NCBI GenBank assembly: GCA_028826165.1 | Contig: JAPDFW010000128.1 | Span: 62,001-126,000 of the forward strand | Direction: 5' to 3' | DNA: 64,000 nucleotides | From: Anaeramoeba ignava BMAN | Lineage: Eukaryota; Protista; Anaeramoebae | Shown here: piece after piece, positions 41,756 to 52,400 of the stretch | How positions within the stretch are numbered: the stretch's first letter is position 1 | How the letters are laid out: each line of letters begins with the position of its first letter | Position numbers and translations under genes: made by a program | The notes under the pieces: model-generated | The model's database searches: none | Seen by the model: the letters and a program-made list of their open reading frames with translations, nothing else | What the model was told of the DNA's origin: nothing

Positions 41756-43804
41756 ATGGATTATTATTGGATTCTTCCAAAAAGTAAATCACCTCCAATC
41801 AAAAGATTTGCACAAAGTGGAGTTATAATAGAAGATGATTTATATTTCTTTGGCGGTTTACAAATTCAAAACAATGAAATTCCTCTTAATGATATAGTTA
41901 AATATAATTTAAATGAAAACAGTTGGAAAAGAGTTTTACCAAAAATTCCCAAAATGTCTTTCCATGGCACAGCTGAATACAACGGCAAACTGTTTATTTA
42001 CGGAGGAGTTTCTAACAACAACAGAAAAGTGAGCAACGTTTTCTCTGTTGATTTGAAAACATTTGAAATTCAAGAAATTTCTCCTCAAGAATACGGTATT
42101 TGGCCCGAATCTCGATCACAACATGTCTTTATCGGCTATGATAACTGGGCCTATTTGCTTTGGGGAAATCACGAATACAAACTCATGGACCAAGTTTTCC
42201 GCTTCAATATGGACAGATGCAAATGGGAGTTGATATATGGAGATATTGATAAAAGCGAAAAAGCAATTCATGGCGTTCCAAATTCTGCCAATGTCACTTT
42301 GGAAAAGAGCTACTTTAGATCTGGCTTTACTCCTAATTTGTTTGGTAATGATAATGACATTGATGATGAGAGAGATGATGAAAGAGATGACATTGATGAC
42401 GAAAGTGACAGCAGAGAAGAAGACAATGATGATGAAAAAGAACTTGAAAAGGATGGCAATGACAGCGAGAAAAAAAGCACAAATCAGAAACCGATCGATA
42501 ACAATTTTGATGAGCATATTGTCAAGGATTTATCTCTGGAGACAAGAGTAAGACCAAAACCACGCATACTTTGCTCTTCTTCTATTTACAAAGACTCAAT
42601 CGCGATATTCGGAGGATTTGAACCGGAAAGTGAAAAAAGTTTTAACGATTTTTGGTTCTTTCATTTGCCAGATCAAAAGTGGACCGAAGAGAAGGATTTC
42701 TATGGAATACCACCAACTGCGCGGAAGGGTCATCAAACAGCCGTTGTGAATGAGGACTTGATTCTCTTTGGCGGAACACTTGATACAACCAACTATAATG
42801 ATCAATATGTTTGCGAGGTTTTCATCTTCAACTTCGAAAGCGAGACATGGAAGCGAGTGGAGGCAAGCGGATCAACACCTCAACCGCGGATGTTCCATTC
42901 GATGATGAGCTATCCAAGACAAAACCAAGTTGTCGGATGTTTTGGACTTGGGATCAGTGGAGAACCGTTAAATGATGTCTTTTGCCTGCAACTTCCTGTT
43001 TCGTCCACACTTGTTAGTGATCTCAAGAACTTGTTTATAAGGCAGGAATTGTGCGATGTTGTTGTCAAAAACGAAATAAAAGCGCATAGTTGCATTTTGA
43101 AGGCTAGAGTTGGAAACGTTGATAAATTTTTGAGAACTTGTTATCAAGTCGACGAAAATACAATAAAATCTCTTCTTATTTTTATCTATTCAGGCACACT
43201 TCCGTTATTTGATCAATCCGAAAGAAATGAAGTAATTGAACTGGCAAAAAAATTAGGTTTCAAAGTTAATACTTCAATTAGGGGGCAAAATGTGGAAAAT
43301 TTAAAAAGAGGGCAAAATTTAAATATTCTTCATTTAAAACGGGATTTGAAGAAATTACTGCAAGGAAAAGTGCCAGATTGCGAGCCTGATTTTGAGCTGA
43401 TTCCCGCACAGAACTCAGACAAAGATTTGCAGAAAAAGCCTCAATCAATCAAGGTTCATAAACCGATCCTTGCAGCGCGATGTGATCTTTTTCAAGGCAT
43501 GTTTGCATGCGTTCAATCTGACGAGAATTCAGCTCCAGATCTCAGCGGTCGCTCATATTTTTCCCTCAAAGCCTTTGTCAACTATCTCTATTCAGACTCT
43601 GTCATGCTTTATCTTAACTCAGATATCGCTCTTGATCTTCTCGATGCTGTTGAATTTTATGGATTGTCAAATAACTACTTGCGTTATCAATGCATTTCTT
43701 TTTTATATTCAAATATGACAAAAGAAGATGTTCCAAAAGTTAGAGATTATGCTGATCGTTTTGAGATTAAAGAACTTCAAAATCGTTGTGCAAATTTTGA
43801 TTAA
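41756..43804 (+). CDS. Kelch-repeat plus tandem BTB protein (LZTR1-like architecture)
   Basis: Kelch GG...W repeats (FFGG, IYGG, IFGG, LFGG), then two BTB cores (KAHSCILKAR, KVHKPILAARCDLF). Confidence 0.9.
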   Translation: MDYYWILPKSKSPPIKRFAQSGVIIEDDLYFFGGLQIQNNEIPLNDIVKYNLNENSWKRVLPKIPKMSFHGTAEYNGKLFIYGGVSNNNRKVSNVFSVDLKTFEIQEISPQEYGIWPESRSQHVFIGYDNWAYLLWGNHEYKLMDQVFRFNMDRCKWELIYGDIDKSEKAIHGVPNSANVTLEKSYFRSGFTPNLFGNDNDIDDERDDERDDIDDESDSREEDNDDEKELEKDGNDSEKKSTNQKPIDNNFDEHIVKDLSLETRVRPKPRILCSSSIYKDSIAIFGGFEPESEKSFNDFWFFHLPDQKWTEEKDFYGIPPTARKGHQTAVVNEDLILFGGTLDTTNYNDQYVCEVFIFNFESETWKRVEASGSTPQPRMFHSMMSYPRQNQVVGCFGLGISGEPLNDVFCLQLPVSSTLVSDLKNLFIRQELCDVVVKNEIKAHSCILKARVGNVDKFLRTCYQVDENTIKSLLIFIYSGTLPLFDQSERNEVIELAKKLGFKVNTSIRGQNVENLKRGQNLNILHLKRDLKKLLQGKVPDCEPDFELIPAQNSDKDLQKKPQSIKVHKPILAARCDLFQGMFACVQSDENSAPDLSGRSYFSLKAFVNYLYSDSVMLYLNSDIALDLLDAVEFYGLSNNYLRYQCISFLYSNMTKEDVPKVRDYADRFEIKELQNRCANFD

Positions 43805-43919
43805 AACTTTATTTCAAAAAACAAAAAACAAAAACAATCAAAAAATTTCCCAAAAAAAAAAAAAAATCTTTTTCTTTTTCTTTTTCGAAATTTGGAAAAT
43901 AAAAGAATTAAAAAATTAT

Positions 43920-45149
43920 TTAAAAAAATCTTTGATTCAAAGTAATTGGAAATTTTTTAAAAGAAGTTAAATTAAAAGGAATTAAAGAAGAAAGAATATT
44001 TTTTGGATTTGAATTTGAATTTTGATTTAAATTTGAATTTTTCTTTTTGGAATGAAAATGTTCAGAAAAATAATCAAGAGGATTAAAACTAGAATTTTCT
44101 TGATAATAATAAGGAGAAGAAAGAATAGAAATGCGAGAACCTTTTGATAAAGTTGAAGAAAGATAAAAAGAAGACATTTTTTGAGATAAAATTAATTTAT
44201 AATGATCCCAAATTTCCAAAATCCATTCATATACAAAGTGAGAAATAATCGAAGAAGGAAGAACACTAAACAAACGAGATCCAAGACCCTTTATAAAGTA
44301 TTTCACTCCGTTTTCTTGATAAACAGTCTTAGCTGTTTGCATGATAGTTGAGTACTTCTTGTCCCCATTTTCTACAAGACGGCGAGTCTGCATTTTGGTT
44401 TTGATCACATCAACAGGAATAGTCAAAGTAGTAGACATGATTGTTGCGGCAGAAACGGAGAGTATGTGTTTTATCGGATGAATTTTTTGGATTTTTTCTT
44501 TTTGATTTTTCAAATTTGAATTCAATTTTTTATTTGATCCACTTTTTGGAAAATTTCTGATATAATCATAAGTAAACCAATAAACAGGGGTGGAAATAAT
44601 GTCCCTCAGCAGATATGCAGAGTATCCTGTGAAGAGTTCGGAAATGCCATAATGGCGGTACAAATAGAGCAGTGTTTGCGATAACGTCATGTGAGGAATA
44701 AGTGCAGTTCGCTCAAGTTGCATTCTTTGTTTTGAAATTTCGATCGGGTTTCTAATCGACAAAACAATCATCCTTGCCAGTGCGGCATCTAAGAAGGGTC
44801 TTGAGTTAATGAGGAAGTTCTTAGCGTGGAGAAAAAGTCCATGGAAATGAGAATGATGAATGGGAAGAATATCTTCGTCAAAATTTTTGTATTGATTTTG
44901 AGTTTTCACATAATGATATAGAAAAAACGATAATGCAGTACTTGGAACCGTTGACACCAAGCTTGCTAATATCCCTTTCATGTACCCCCGTGACTTTAAG
45001 TGACTTCCGTGAAATTGTACTCTTGTTTTCATTGTGTCAAAAGGTGCTGTTAATATTACACTTACTATTCGGGACACTCCCCCTGCTATTAAATGTTTAA
45101 TTGGTTCAAATTCTTTTTTTATTTCTTTTTCTTCATTGGTTTTATTCAT
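43920..45149 (-). CDS. Mitochondrial carrier family (SLC25) protein
   Basis: Three PxD/ExxKxR/K signatures: PFDTMKTR, PIEISKQR and PVDVIKTK. Confidence 0.92.
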   Translation of the reverse strand: MNKTNEEKEIKKEFEPIKHLIAGGVSRIVSVILTAPFDTMKTRVQFHGSHLKSRGYMKGILASLVSTVPSTALSFFLYHYVKTQNQYKNFDEDILPIHHSHFHGLFLHAKNFLINSRPFLDAALARMIVLSIRNPIEISKQRMQLERTALIPHMTLSQTLLYLYRHYGISELFTGYSAYLLRDIISTPVYWFTYDYIRNFPKSGSNKKLNSNLKNQKEKIQKIHPIKHILSVSAATIMSTTLTIPVDVIKTKMQTRRLVENGDKKYSTIMQTAKTVYQENGVKYFIKGLGSRLFSVLPSSIISHFVYEWILEIWDHYKLILSQKMSSFYLSSTLSKGSRISILSSPYYYQENSSFNPLDYFSEHFHSKKKNSNLNQNSNSNPKNILSSLIPFNLTSFKKFPITLNQRFF

Positions 45150-45189
45150 TTCCTTTTTTGAAATTTTTTTGGAAAGAAAAAAAATGAAA

Positions 45190-47180
45190 AAAAATTAAAA
45201 AAAATAAATCAAGAATAATAAATAATTCCATTTGAAATTAATTTTAAATAAGATTTTATCAATATTTATTTATTTAAAATTAAATAAAATTATTATAAAT
45301 AATTAAATAAAATTAATAAAATATTTCAATTAAAAAATTAAAAAAAATAAATCAAGAATAATAAATAATTCAATTTAAAATCAATTTTAAATATTATTTT
45401 ATTAACATTTATTTATTTAAAATTAAATAAAATTATTATAAATAATTAAATAAAATTAATAAAATATTTCAATTAAAAAATTAAAAAAAATAAATCAAGA
45501 ATAATAAATAATTCAATTTGAAATTAATTTTAAATAAGATTTTATTAATATTTATTTATTTAAAATTAAATAAAATTATTATAAATAATTAAATAAAATT
45601 AATAAAATATTTTTAATTAGAAAAAAATTGAATTGAAATCAAGAATAATAAATAATTCAATTTAAAATTAATTTTAAAATAAGATTTTATTAATATTTAT
45701 TTATTTAAAATTAATTAAAACTATTATAAATAATTAAATAAAATTAATAAAATATTTTAATTAAAAATTAAATTGAAATCAAGAATAATAAATAATTCAA
45801 TTTAAAATTAATTTCAAAAATAAGATTTTATTAATATTTATTTATTTAAAAATTAAATAAAACTATTATAAATAATTAAATAAAATTAATAAAATATTTT
45901 AATAAGAAAAAAATTGAATTGAAATAAAGAATAATAAATAATTCAATTTGAAATTAATTTTAAAATATGATTTTATTAATATTTATTTATTTAAAATTAA
46001 ATAAAATTATTATAAATATTTAAATAAAATTAATAAAATATTTTAATAAGAAAAAAATTGAATTGAAATAAAGAATAATAAATAATTCAATTTAAAATTA
46101 ATTTTAAATATGATTTTATTAACATTTATTTATTTAAAATTAATTAAAACTATTATAAATATTTAAATAAAATTAATAAAATATTTTAATAAGAAAAAAA
46201 TTGAATTGAAATAAAGAATAATAAATAATTCAATTTAAAATTAATTTTAAATATGATTTTATTAACATTTATTTATTTAAAATTAATTAAAATTATTATA
46301 AATATTTAAATAAAATTAATAAAATATTTTAATAAGAAAAAAATTGAATTGAAATAAAGAATAATAAATAATTCAATTTGAAATTAATTTAAAATATGAT
46401 TTTATTAATATTTATTTATTTAAAATTAAATAAAACTATTATAAATATTTAAATAAAATTAATAAAATATTTTTAATTAGAAAAAAATTGAATTGAAATA
46501 AAGAATAATAAATAATTCAATTTAAAATTAATTTTTTAAATATGATTTTATTAACATTTATTTATTTAAAATTAATTAAAACTATTATAAATATTTAAAT
46601 AAAATTAATAAAATATTTTAATAAGAGAAAAATTGAATTGAAATAAAGAATAATAAATAATTCAATTTAAAATTAATTTTTAAAATATGATTTTATTAAC
46701 ATTTATTTATTTAAAATTAATTAAAATTATTATAAATATTTAAATAAAATTAATAAAATATTTTAATAAGAAAAAAATTGAATTGAAATAAAGAATAATA
46801 AATAATTCAATTTAAAATTAATTTTAAAATAAGATTTTATTAACATTTATTTATTTAAAATTAATTAAAATTATTATAAATAATTAAATAAAATTAATAA
46901 AATATTTCAATTAAAAAAAAAATTGAATTGAAATAAAGAATAATAAATAATTCAATTTGAAATTAATTTTAAATATGATTTTATTAACATTTATTTATTT
47001 GAAATTTAATAAAACTATTATAAATATTTAAATAAAATTAATAAAATATTTTAACAAGAAAAAAATTGAATTGAAATCAAGAATAATAAATAATTCAATT
47101 TGAAATTAATTTAAAATATGATTTTATTAACATTTATTTATTTAAAATTAAATAAAACTATTATAAATATTTAAATAAAA
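45190..47180. repeat. Intergenic AT-rich satellite, ~143-145-bp unit, 14 copies
   Basis: The anchor aagaataataaataattc recurs at ~45211, 45354, 45497, 45641, 45781, 45927, 46071, 46214, 46357, 46501, 46646, 46791, 46936 and 47079. Confidence 0.96.
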
Positions 47181-47341
47181 TGAAAAAAATATTTTAATCA
47201 ACTTTTTAATAACATTTTTAAATTAAAATTAAATTATTTAAAATTAAATTTGTTTCTTTTTTATTGATTTGAAGAATTTAATTTGATTGAAAGTAAATTA
47301 AAATAGAATTAAATTTTGAAAAAAAAGTTGAAAAAAAATTT

Positions 47342-49279
47342 TTAAATGAAATAAGTTTCAAGTTCATCAACAACCCAATTATCATAAGAACCAGCTAAAT
47401 AACTTTTAGCTTCATTTGTTCCTTTTTGAATTCCCTTAGGAAGGTTATAATAAGTACCAAAAAGAGAATAACCAGATTGTAAATTAGAATTTAAATAAAA
47501 ATCAGGATATCCAAAAAATGGACCATTAGCTGGATTATAATAAATTGCATATTGTTCTTTCCATTTTTCAGTTGTAAACTTTTCTGGTTTCCTATCTCCT
47601 TTATCATTTCTTAATGAAAAAATAAATGCATTTGAGTCTTTAATATATCTTGAATCTCCTGTCATAAATCCAACTTGAGTAAATCCTCCAAAAATAAAAT
47701 TATCTTTTGTTTTGATAATAACTAATGTTCTTCCTCTATTATCAACTGTTGAATGCCATTTTTTACAATCAAATCCATCTCTTTTTGCTGAAAATCCTTT
47801 TTTCATTTTAGAATAAAAATCATTATCATTTATCCATTCATTTAATTTCTTTGCATGTTCAATATCTCCAATAATTTTTGAATCTGAAAATTTAGGAAAA
47901 TGTGTAACCATTTTGATTTTCTTTTTTTTTCTCTCAATTTTTGATTTCAATATTTCGTTTTCTTTACTTTTTTCCTTAATTTCTGATTTTATTTGATCAT
48001 TTTCCCTGTTTTTCTCATCAATTTCAATATGCATTTGATCATTTTCTCTTTTCCATTTCTCTTCAATTTCCTTATTTATCTTTTGAACTTCTTGTTTTAA
48101 TTGTCGATTTTCGAATTTACTATCTCCAATTTTCATTTTCATTTTTTTATTTTCATAATATTTCTCTTCAATTTTTTTGTTTCTCTTGTCAATTTTTTTG
48201 TTTCTCTTGTCAATTTCCTTTTTTTTCTCATCAATTTCCCTTTTCAAATATTCATTTTCCTTATCTTTCTTTTCATTTTCCAATTTCATTTCATCAAGCT
48301 CTTTTTTCAATTTATCTTCAATTTCTTTTTGATTGCCTTGAATAACTTTGTTTTGAATATCAACTAAAAAAGATTTAGGAAAAATATCAAATTGTTTTAA
48401 TTTATCAAAATCTTCTTTTGAAATTGAATCTTTATCAAATAATGAAAAAAAAGAATGAAATAATCTTTTCTTTGCATTCTCTTTGTGTTCATATTTCTTT
48501 AATTTTAATCTTTCATTTCTTTTTTCAATCCAATTACTTAAAAATTGGAAAAAATCAAATTGAAAAATTTCTTTTTTTTCTTGTTTAAATTGAATAAATT
48601 TGATAATTTCTTCTTTAGTTAAATTGAATAAATTTTCATTATTCTGAATTTGGGAAAAATTTTGATTTATTAATTCAAAACATTTTATTTCAATTTCATT
48701 TGATTTTAAATTTCGATTTTGGAATAAAAATTGGAAAAAATTTGAATAATTAATTGAATTTGAAATTTTTTTTTGAATAAATTCTTTCAATAAATTTAAT
48801 TTAAAATAAATTGAAATTTCCAATAATTGGAGAAGATTTTCTTGATTCTCAAAAGAAATATTTCCATGATAAATATATTTCAAAATTGATTCCATTTCTT
48901 TTTTATTAAATTGATTTAAAAAAATCTTATCAATATGATTTTTCCCTTTTAAAAGTGCATTAAAAAAAGGAGATCTTGAATGTAAAATTGATTTATGAAC
49001 TTTAATTTCAAAAGGATTTGATTCATTCTCAACAAAAATTGAAAAATCTTTAAATGAATTTCCATTTAAAAGGTTTGAATAATCTTTAATTAAATTTTTT
49101 GTTACTTTTTTTTCTAAATTTTTCATTTTAATTTCATTTTCATTTTCAGTTTCAGTTTGAGTTTCAGTTTCTGTTTCAGTTTCTGTTTCTGTTTCAGTTT
49201 CTGTTTCATTTGAATTTGAATTTGAATTTGAATTTGAATTTGAATTTGAATTTGAATTTTGATTATTATTATTATTCAT
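47342..49279 (-). CDS. BTB - helical/coiled coil - TLDc domain protein
   Basis: BTB (FKDFSIFV...KVHKSILHSRSPFF) and TLDc (FSAKRDGF, TLVIIKTKDNFIFGGFT, AFIFSL, GPFFG, VDELETY). Confidence 0.92.
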   Translation of the reverse strand: MNNNNNQNSNSNSNSNSNSNSNSNETETETETETETETETQTETENENEIKMKNLEKKVTKNLIKDYSNLLNGNSFKDFSIFVENESNPFEIKVHKSILHSRSPFFNALLKGKNHIDKIFLNQFNKKEMESILKYIYHGNISFENQENLLQLLEISIYFKLNLLKEFIQKKISNSINYSNFFQFLFQNRNLKSNEIEIKCFELINQNFSQIQNNENLFNLTKEEIIKFIQFKQEKKEIFQFDFFQFLSNWIEKRNERLKLKKYEHKENAKKRLFHSFFSLFDKDSISKEDFDKLKQFDIFPKSFLVDIQNKVIQGNQKEIEDKLKKELDEMKLENEKKDKENEYLKREIDEKKKEIDKRNKKIDKRNKKIEEKYYENKKMKMKIGDSKFENRQLKQEVQKINKEIEEKWKRENDQMHIEIDEKNRENDQIKSEIKEKSKENEILKSKIERKKKKIKMVTHFPKFSDSKIIGDIEHAKKLNEWINDNDFYSKMKKGFSAKRDGFDCKKWHSTVDNRGRTLVIIKTKDNFIFGGFTQVGFMTGDSRYIKDSNAFIFSLRNDKGDRKPEKFTTEKWKEQYAIYYNPANGPFFGYPDFYLNSNLQSGYSLFGTYYNLPKGIQKGTNEAKSYLAGSYDNWVVDELETYFI

Positions 49280-49344
49280 TTTATTTTTTGTGTTTTAAAA
49301 AAGAAAAAAATGAAAAAAATATTTTTGCTTTTTTATTTTTTATT

Positions 49345-51327
49345 TTAAATTTTTTCTCTTTTATTTCCTAAAGTAACTGAATAACAAGTAATTGATTCTT
49401 GTTCAGTTTGAAAATTAATTTGAGTTTTAGCAGGAATCAAAAAAACATCACCTTGTTTAATTTTGAAAAAAGAAAGATCATGATTTGAATCAATTTTCTC
49501 AGAAAGAGAAATATTTGCCGATCCAAAAAGAACAAGTAAAATGGATAAATTTTGATTTTGACGATAAGAATAAAGTTGATTTTTAGGAACAGAAATTTGG
49601 TGAACAATAAATTCTTCAAAAGAAGGTTCAAAAGAAGAAACAAAAGAATCAATTTGCTTTGGTTTTTGGATTTTTGAGTTTTGAGAAGGAGAATAGTCAA
49701 GCATTTCAATAAGAGTTTTCTTGTCTTGAAATTTGGGAGTAAGACCCGCTCTCACAACGTTATCAGAACGAGCCATGCATTCAATAATATCGCCTGAAAT
49801 ATAAGCATGACAAATATTTTCTTTGATAAAAACACATTCTCCTTTTTGTAAAAAAAGATGGTTCATAAAAAACGCCAAAAAAGCGCCTGAATCGTTTGGA
49901 AATTGTGTGTTGAGTTTAATTGCTAATTTTTCTTCATCCGAAATTTCAATTCCTTTTTCTATTTTACTTTCAATTTCTTTCTTCATGTTTTCCAATTGAT
50001 TTTTGATGATTTCATCAGAACAATTTAAAAGGGAAGAAAAAACCAATTTCAAAACTTGTGATTTTTGATTCTCATCCGAATTCGGATCGTTAATAACTGT
50101 GCTGAATTGATTCGCAGCGTTTCCATCAATAACATTTTGCAAATAACTAAATTTTTGGATATTTTGATTGATTTGCTGCAATGGTTTAAATCCCATAATT
50201 GCTTCCAATCCAGAAATCGCAATCGCCAGTTCTGGCTTATGATTTGGATCCTTATAAATATCTGGGTAATTTTTGTGCAATTTTTGCGCAAGTTCTCGAT
50301 CAGGATGTGCCTGAATAGAGAGTGTTTTGTTAATTGATAAAACTTTGAATAAAAATGGCAACTGATTTTTTGGATTGTTTCTTGATTCATTGAATTCCAA
50401 AATTTCTTCTCCTGTTTTTTCTTTGTTTTTTTCAATCCATTCTTCAAATTCAATTTCTTTTGAATTGGAATCCATAATTTTTGATGGTCCATTTGGATGA
50501 TCTCCCATCCAAAATTCTGCGAATGGTTCTTTGTTGTTTGTAATTTCTTTATTATTATTTAATGACCATAATTTTGCGACTAAACTTTCTTGGCCTTGTT
50601 TTCCCCACTAAATCCAAATAAATTTTAAATTCAAATCAATTTTAAATTCAAATCAATTTTAAATTCAAATTTTAATTTTAAAATGAATTTTAATTTTAAT
50701 TTTATAAATGAATTTTAATTTTATAAATGAATTTTAATTTTATAAATGAATTTTAATTTTATAAATGAATTTTAATTTTATAAATGAATTTTAATTTTAT
50801 AAATGAATTTTAATTTTATAAATGAATTTTAATTTTAATTTTAATTTTAATTTTTAATTTGATTTTAATTTTATTTTTATAAATGAATTTTAATTTTTAT
50901 AAATGAATTTTAATTTTGATTTTAATTTTAATTTTATAAATGAATTTAATTTTAATTTTGATTTTGATTTTAATTTTGATTTGATTTTAATTTTAATTTT
51001 ATAAATGAATTTTAATTTTATAAATGAATTTTAATTTTGATTTTGATTTTAATTTTTATTTTATAAATGAATTTTAATTTTAATTTTAATTTTAATTTTA
51101 ATTTTAATTTTAATTTTATAAATGAATTTTAATTTTAATTTTATAAATGAATTTTAATTTTATAAATGAATTTTAATTTAAATTTTTAATTTGATTTTAA
51201 TTTTAATTTTATAAATGAATTTTCATTTTATAAATGAATTTTAATTTTATAAATGAATTTTCATTTTAATTTGATTTTGTACAGCATAGTTTTGTGCAAC
51301 ACATTTCATTGAATAAATTTTGTTCAT
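49345..51327 (-). CDS. MPI: Mannose-6-phosphate isomerase (type I PMI); exons 51327-51283 and 50607-49345
   Basis: QNYA|WGK across the intron, AEFWMGDHP, LPFLFKVLS, LSIQAHPD, YKDPNHKPE, HAYISGD and SDNVVRAGLTPK. Confidence 0.97.
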
Positions 51328-51337
51328 TTTAAAAAAT

Positions 51338-51376
51338 AAATGAAAAAATGAAAAAATGAAAAAATGAAAAAATGAA
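51338..51376 (-). promoter_or_regulatory. Tandem TCATTTT initiator-like elements upstream of MPI (representative of a motif seen before most genes here)
   Basis: (AAAAATG)x5 on the + strand lies 10-50 nt upstream of the minus-strand ATG. Equivalent sense-oriented arrays precede most other starts. Confidence 0.6.
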
Positions 51377-51419
51377 TTTAAAAAATTTTTATTTCGAATA
51401 AAAAAAAAAGAAAAAAAAA

Positions 51420-52001
51420 CTAATTAGAAATAATATGTTCCAAAACACCTTCACGAATTAAATTTTCAGCATCAACTCTTCTCAAAAACAACCTAGAATT
51501 TTTTTTCAATTCAACAATACTTTGACCACCATCAATAAAAATCTGACCATAATCTTTAAGAACACGAACTTCAATATAAAGATCATTAGAAGGCGGTTGA
51601 TGATCTTGAGTCAAATCAAGATCCAACGAATTCATATAGTCTTCTAATATTTGGCAATATTCATGATGAAAAGATTCCTCATTTTGAGTGATATTTTCCC
51701 GAATTTGATTTGGAATCACTGATCCAAAATCCCATCTCATTTCAATCAGTTTTTTCCCTCTTTCTAAATGATATGATGTCAAGATTTGCTCGTTTCTTTC
51801 TATCATATAATTTAATATGTGGAGTTTTGTTTTCGAAATTGTGTCTTCGTATTTTTTTTGCTTCACCATTTCGTGAAGTTGTTCTTGCTTCCGATTAGTT
51901 TCTTCTATTACTTTTTGTACTAATGATTGATCATATTTCGGTAATTGTTCAGTTGTTCGTTGAAGTTCTTTTAAAAGTTCAACTCCAATTTCTGTATTCA
52001 T
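51420..52001 (-). CDS. GINS1: GINS complex subunit Psf1
   Basis: ERNEQILTSYHLER, DLDLTQDHQPP, LYIEVRVLKDYG and LKKNSRLFLRRVDAENLIREGVLEHI. Confidence 0.93.
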   Translation of the reverse strand: MNTEIGVELLKELQRTTEQLPKYDQSLVQKVIEETNRKQEQLHEMVKQKKYEDTISKTKLHILNYMIERNEQILTSYHLERGKKLIEMRWDFGSVIPNQIRENITQNEESFHHEYCQILEDYMNSLDLDLTQDHQPPSNDLYIEVRVLKDYGQIFIDGGQSIVELKKNSRLFLRRVDAENLIREGVLEHIISN

Positions 52002-52400
52002 TCATTCAAAAAAAAAATGAAAAATGAAAAATGAAAAAATGATTTTTTGAATTTTAATTTTAATTTTAATTTTAATTTTAATTTTAATTTTAATTTTGAT
52101 TTTAATTTTGATTTTGATTTTAATTTTGATTTTAATTTTAATTTTAATTTTAATTTTAATTTTAATTTTAATTTTTATTTTAATTTTGATTTTTAATTTT
52201 GATTTTGATTTTAATTTTAATTTTAATTTTAATTTTAATTTTAATTTTAATTTTAATTTTAATTTTGATTTTAATTTTGATTTTAATTTTAATTTTTAAT
52301 TTTGATTTTAATTTTGATTATTAAATTTAATTTTGATTTTGATTTTGATTTTATTTTTAATTTTTAATTTTTAATTTTAATTTTAATTTTAATTTTAATT

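Noticed and set aside
41900-45100. Higher-GC island suggesting horizontal transfer
   Set aside because: Both genes belong to eukaryotic families, and other long exons here also show raised GC in their middles.
45190-47180. Possible CRISPR-like array
   Set aside because: The whole unit repeats with no unique spacers, there are no cas genes, and the context is eukaryotic.
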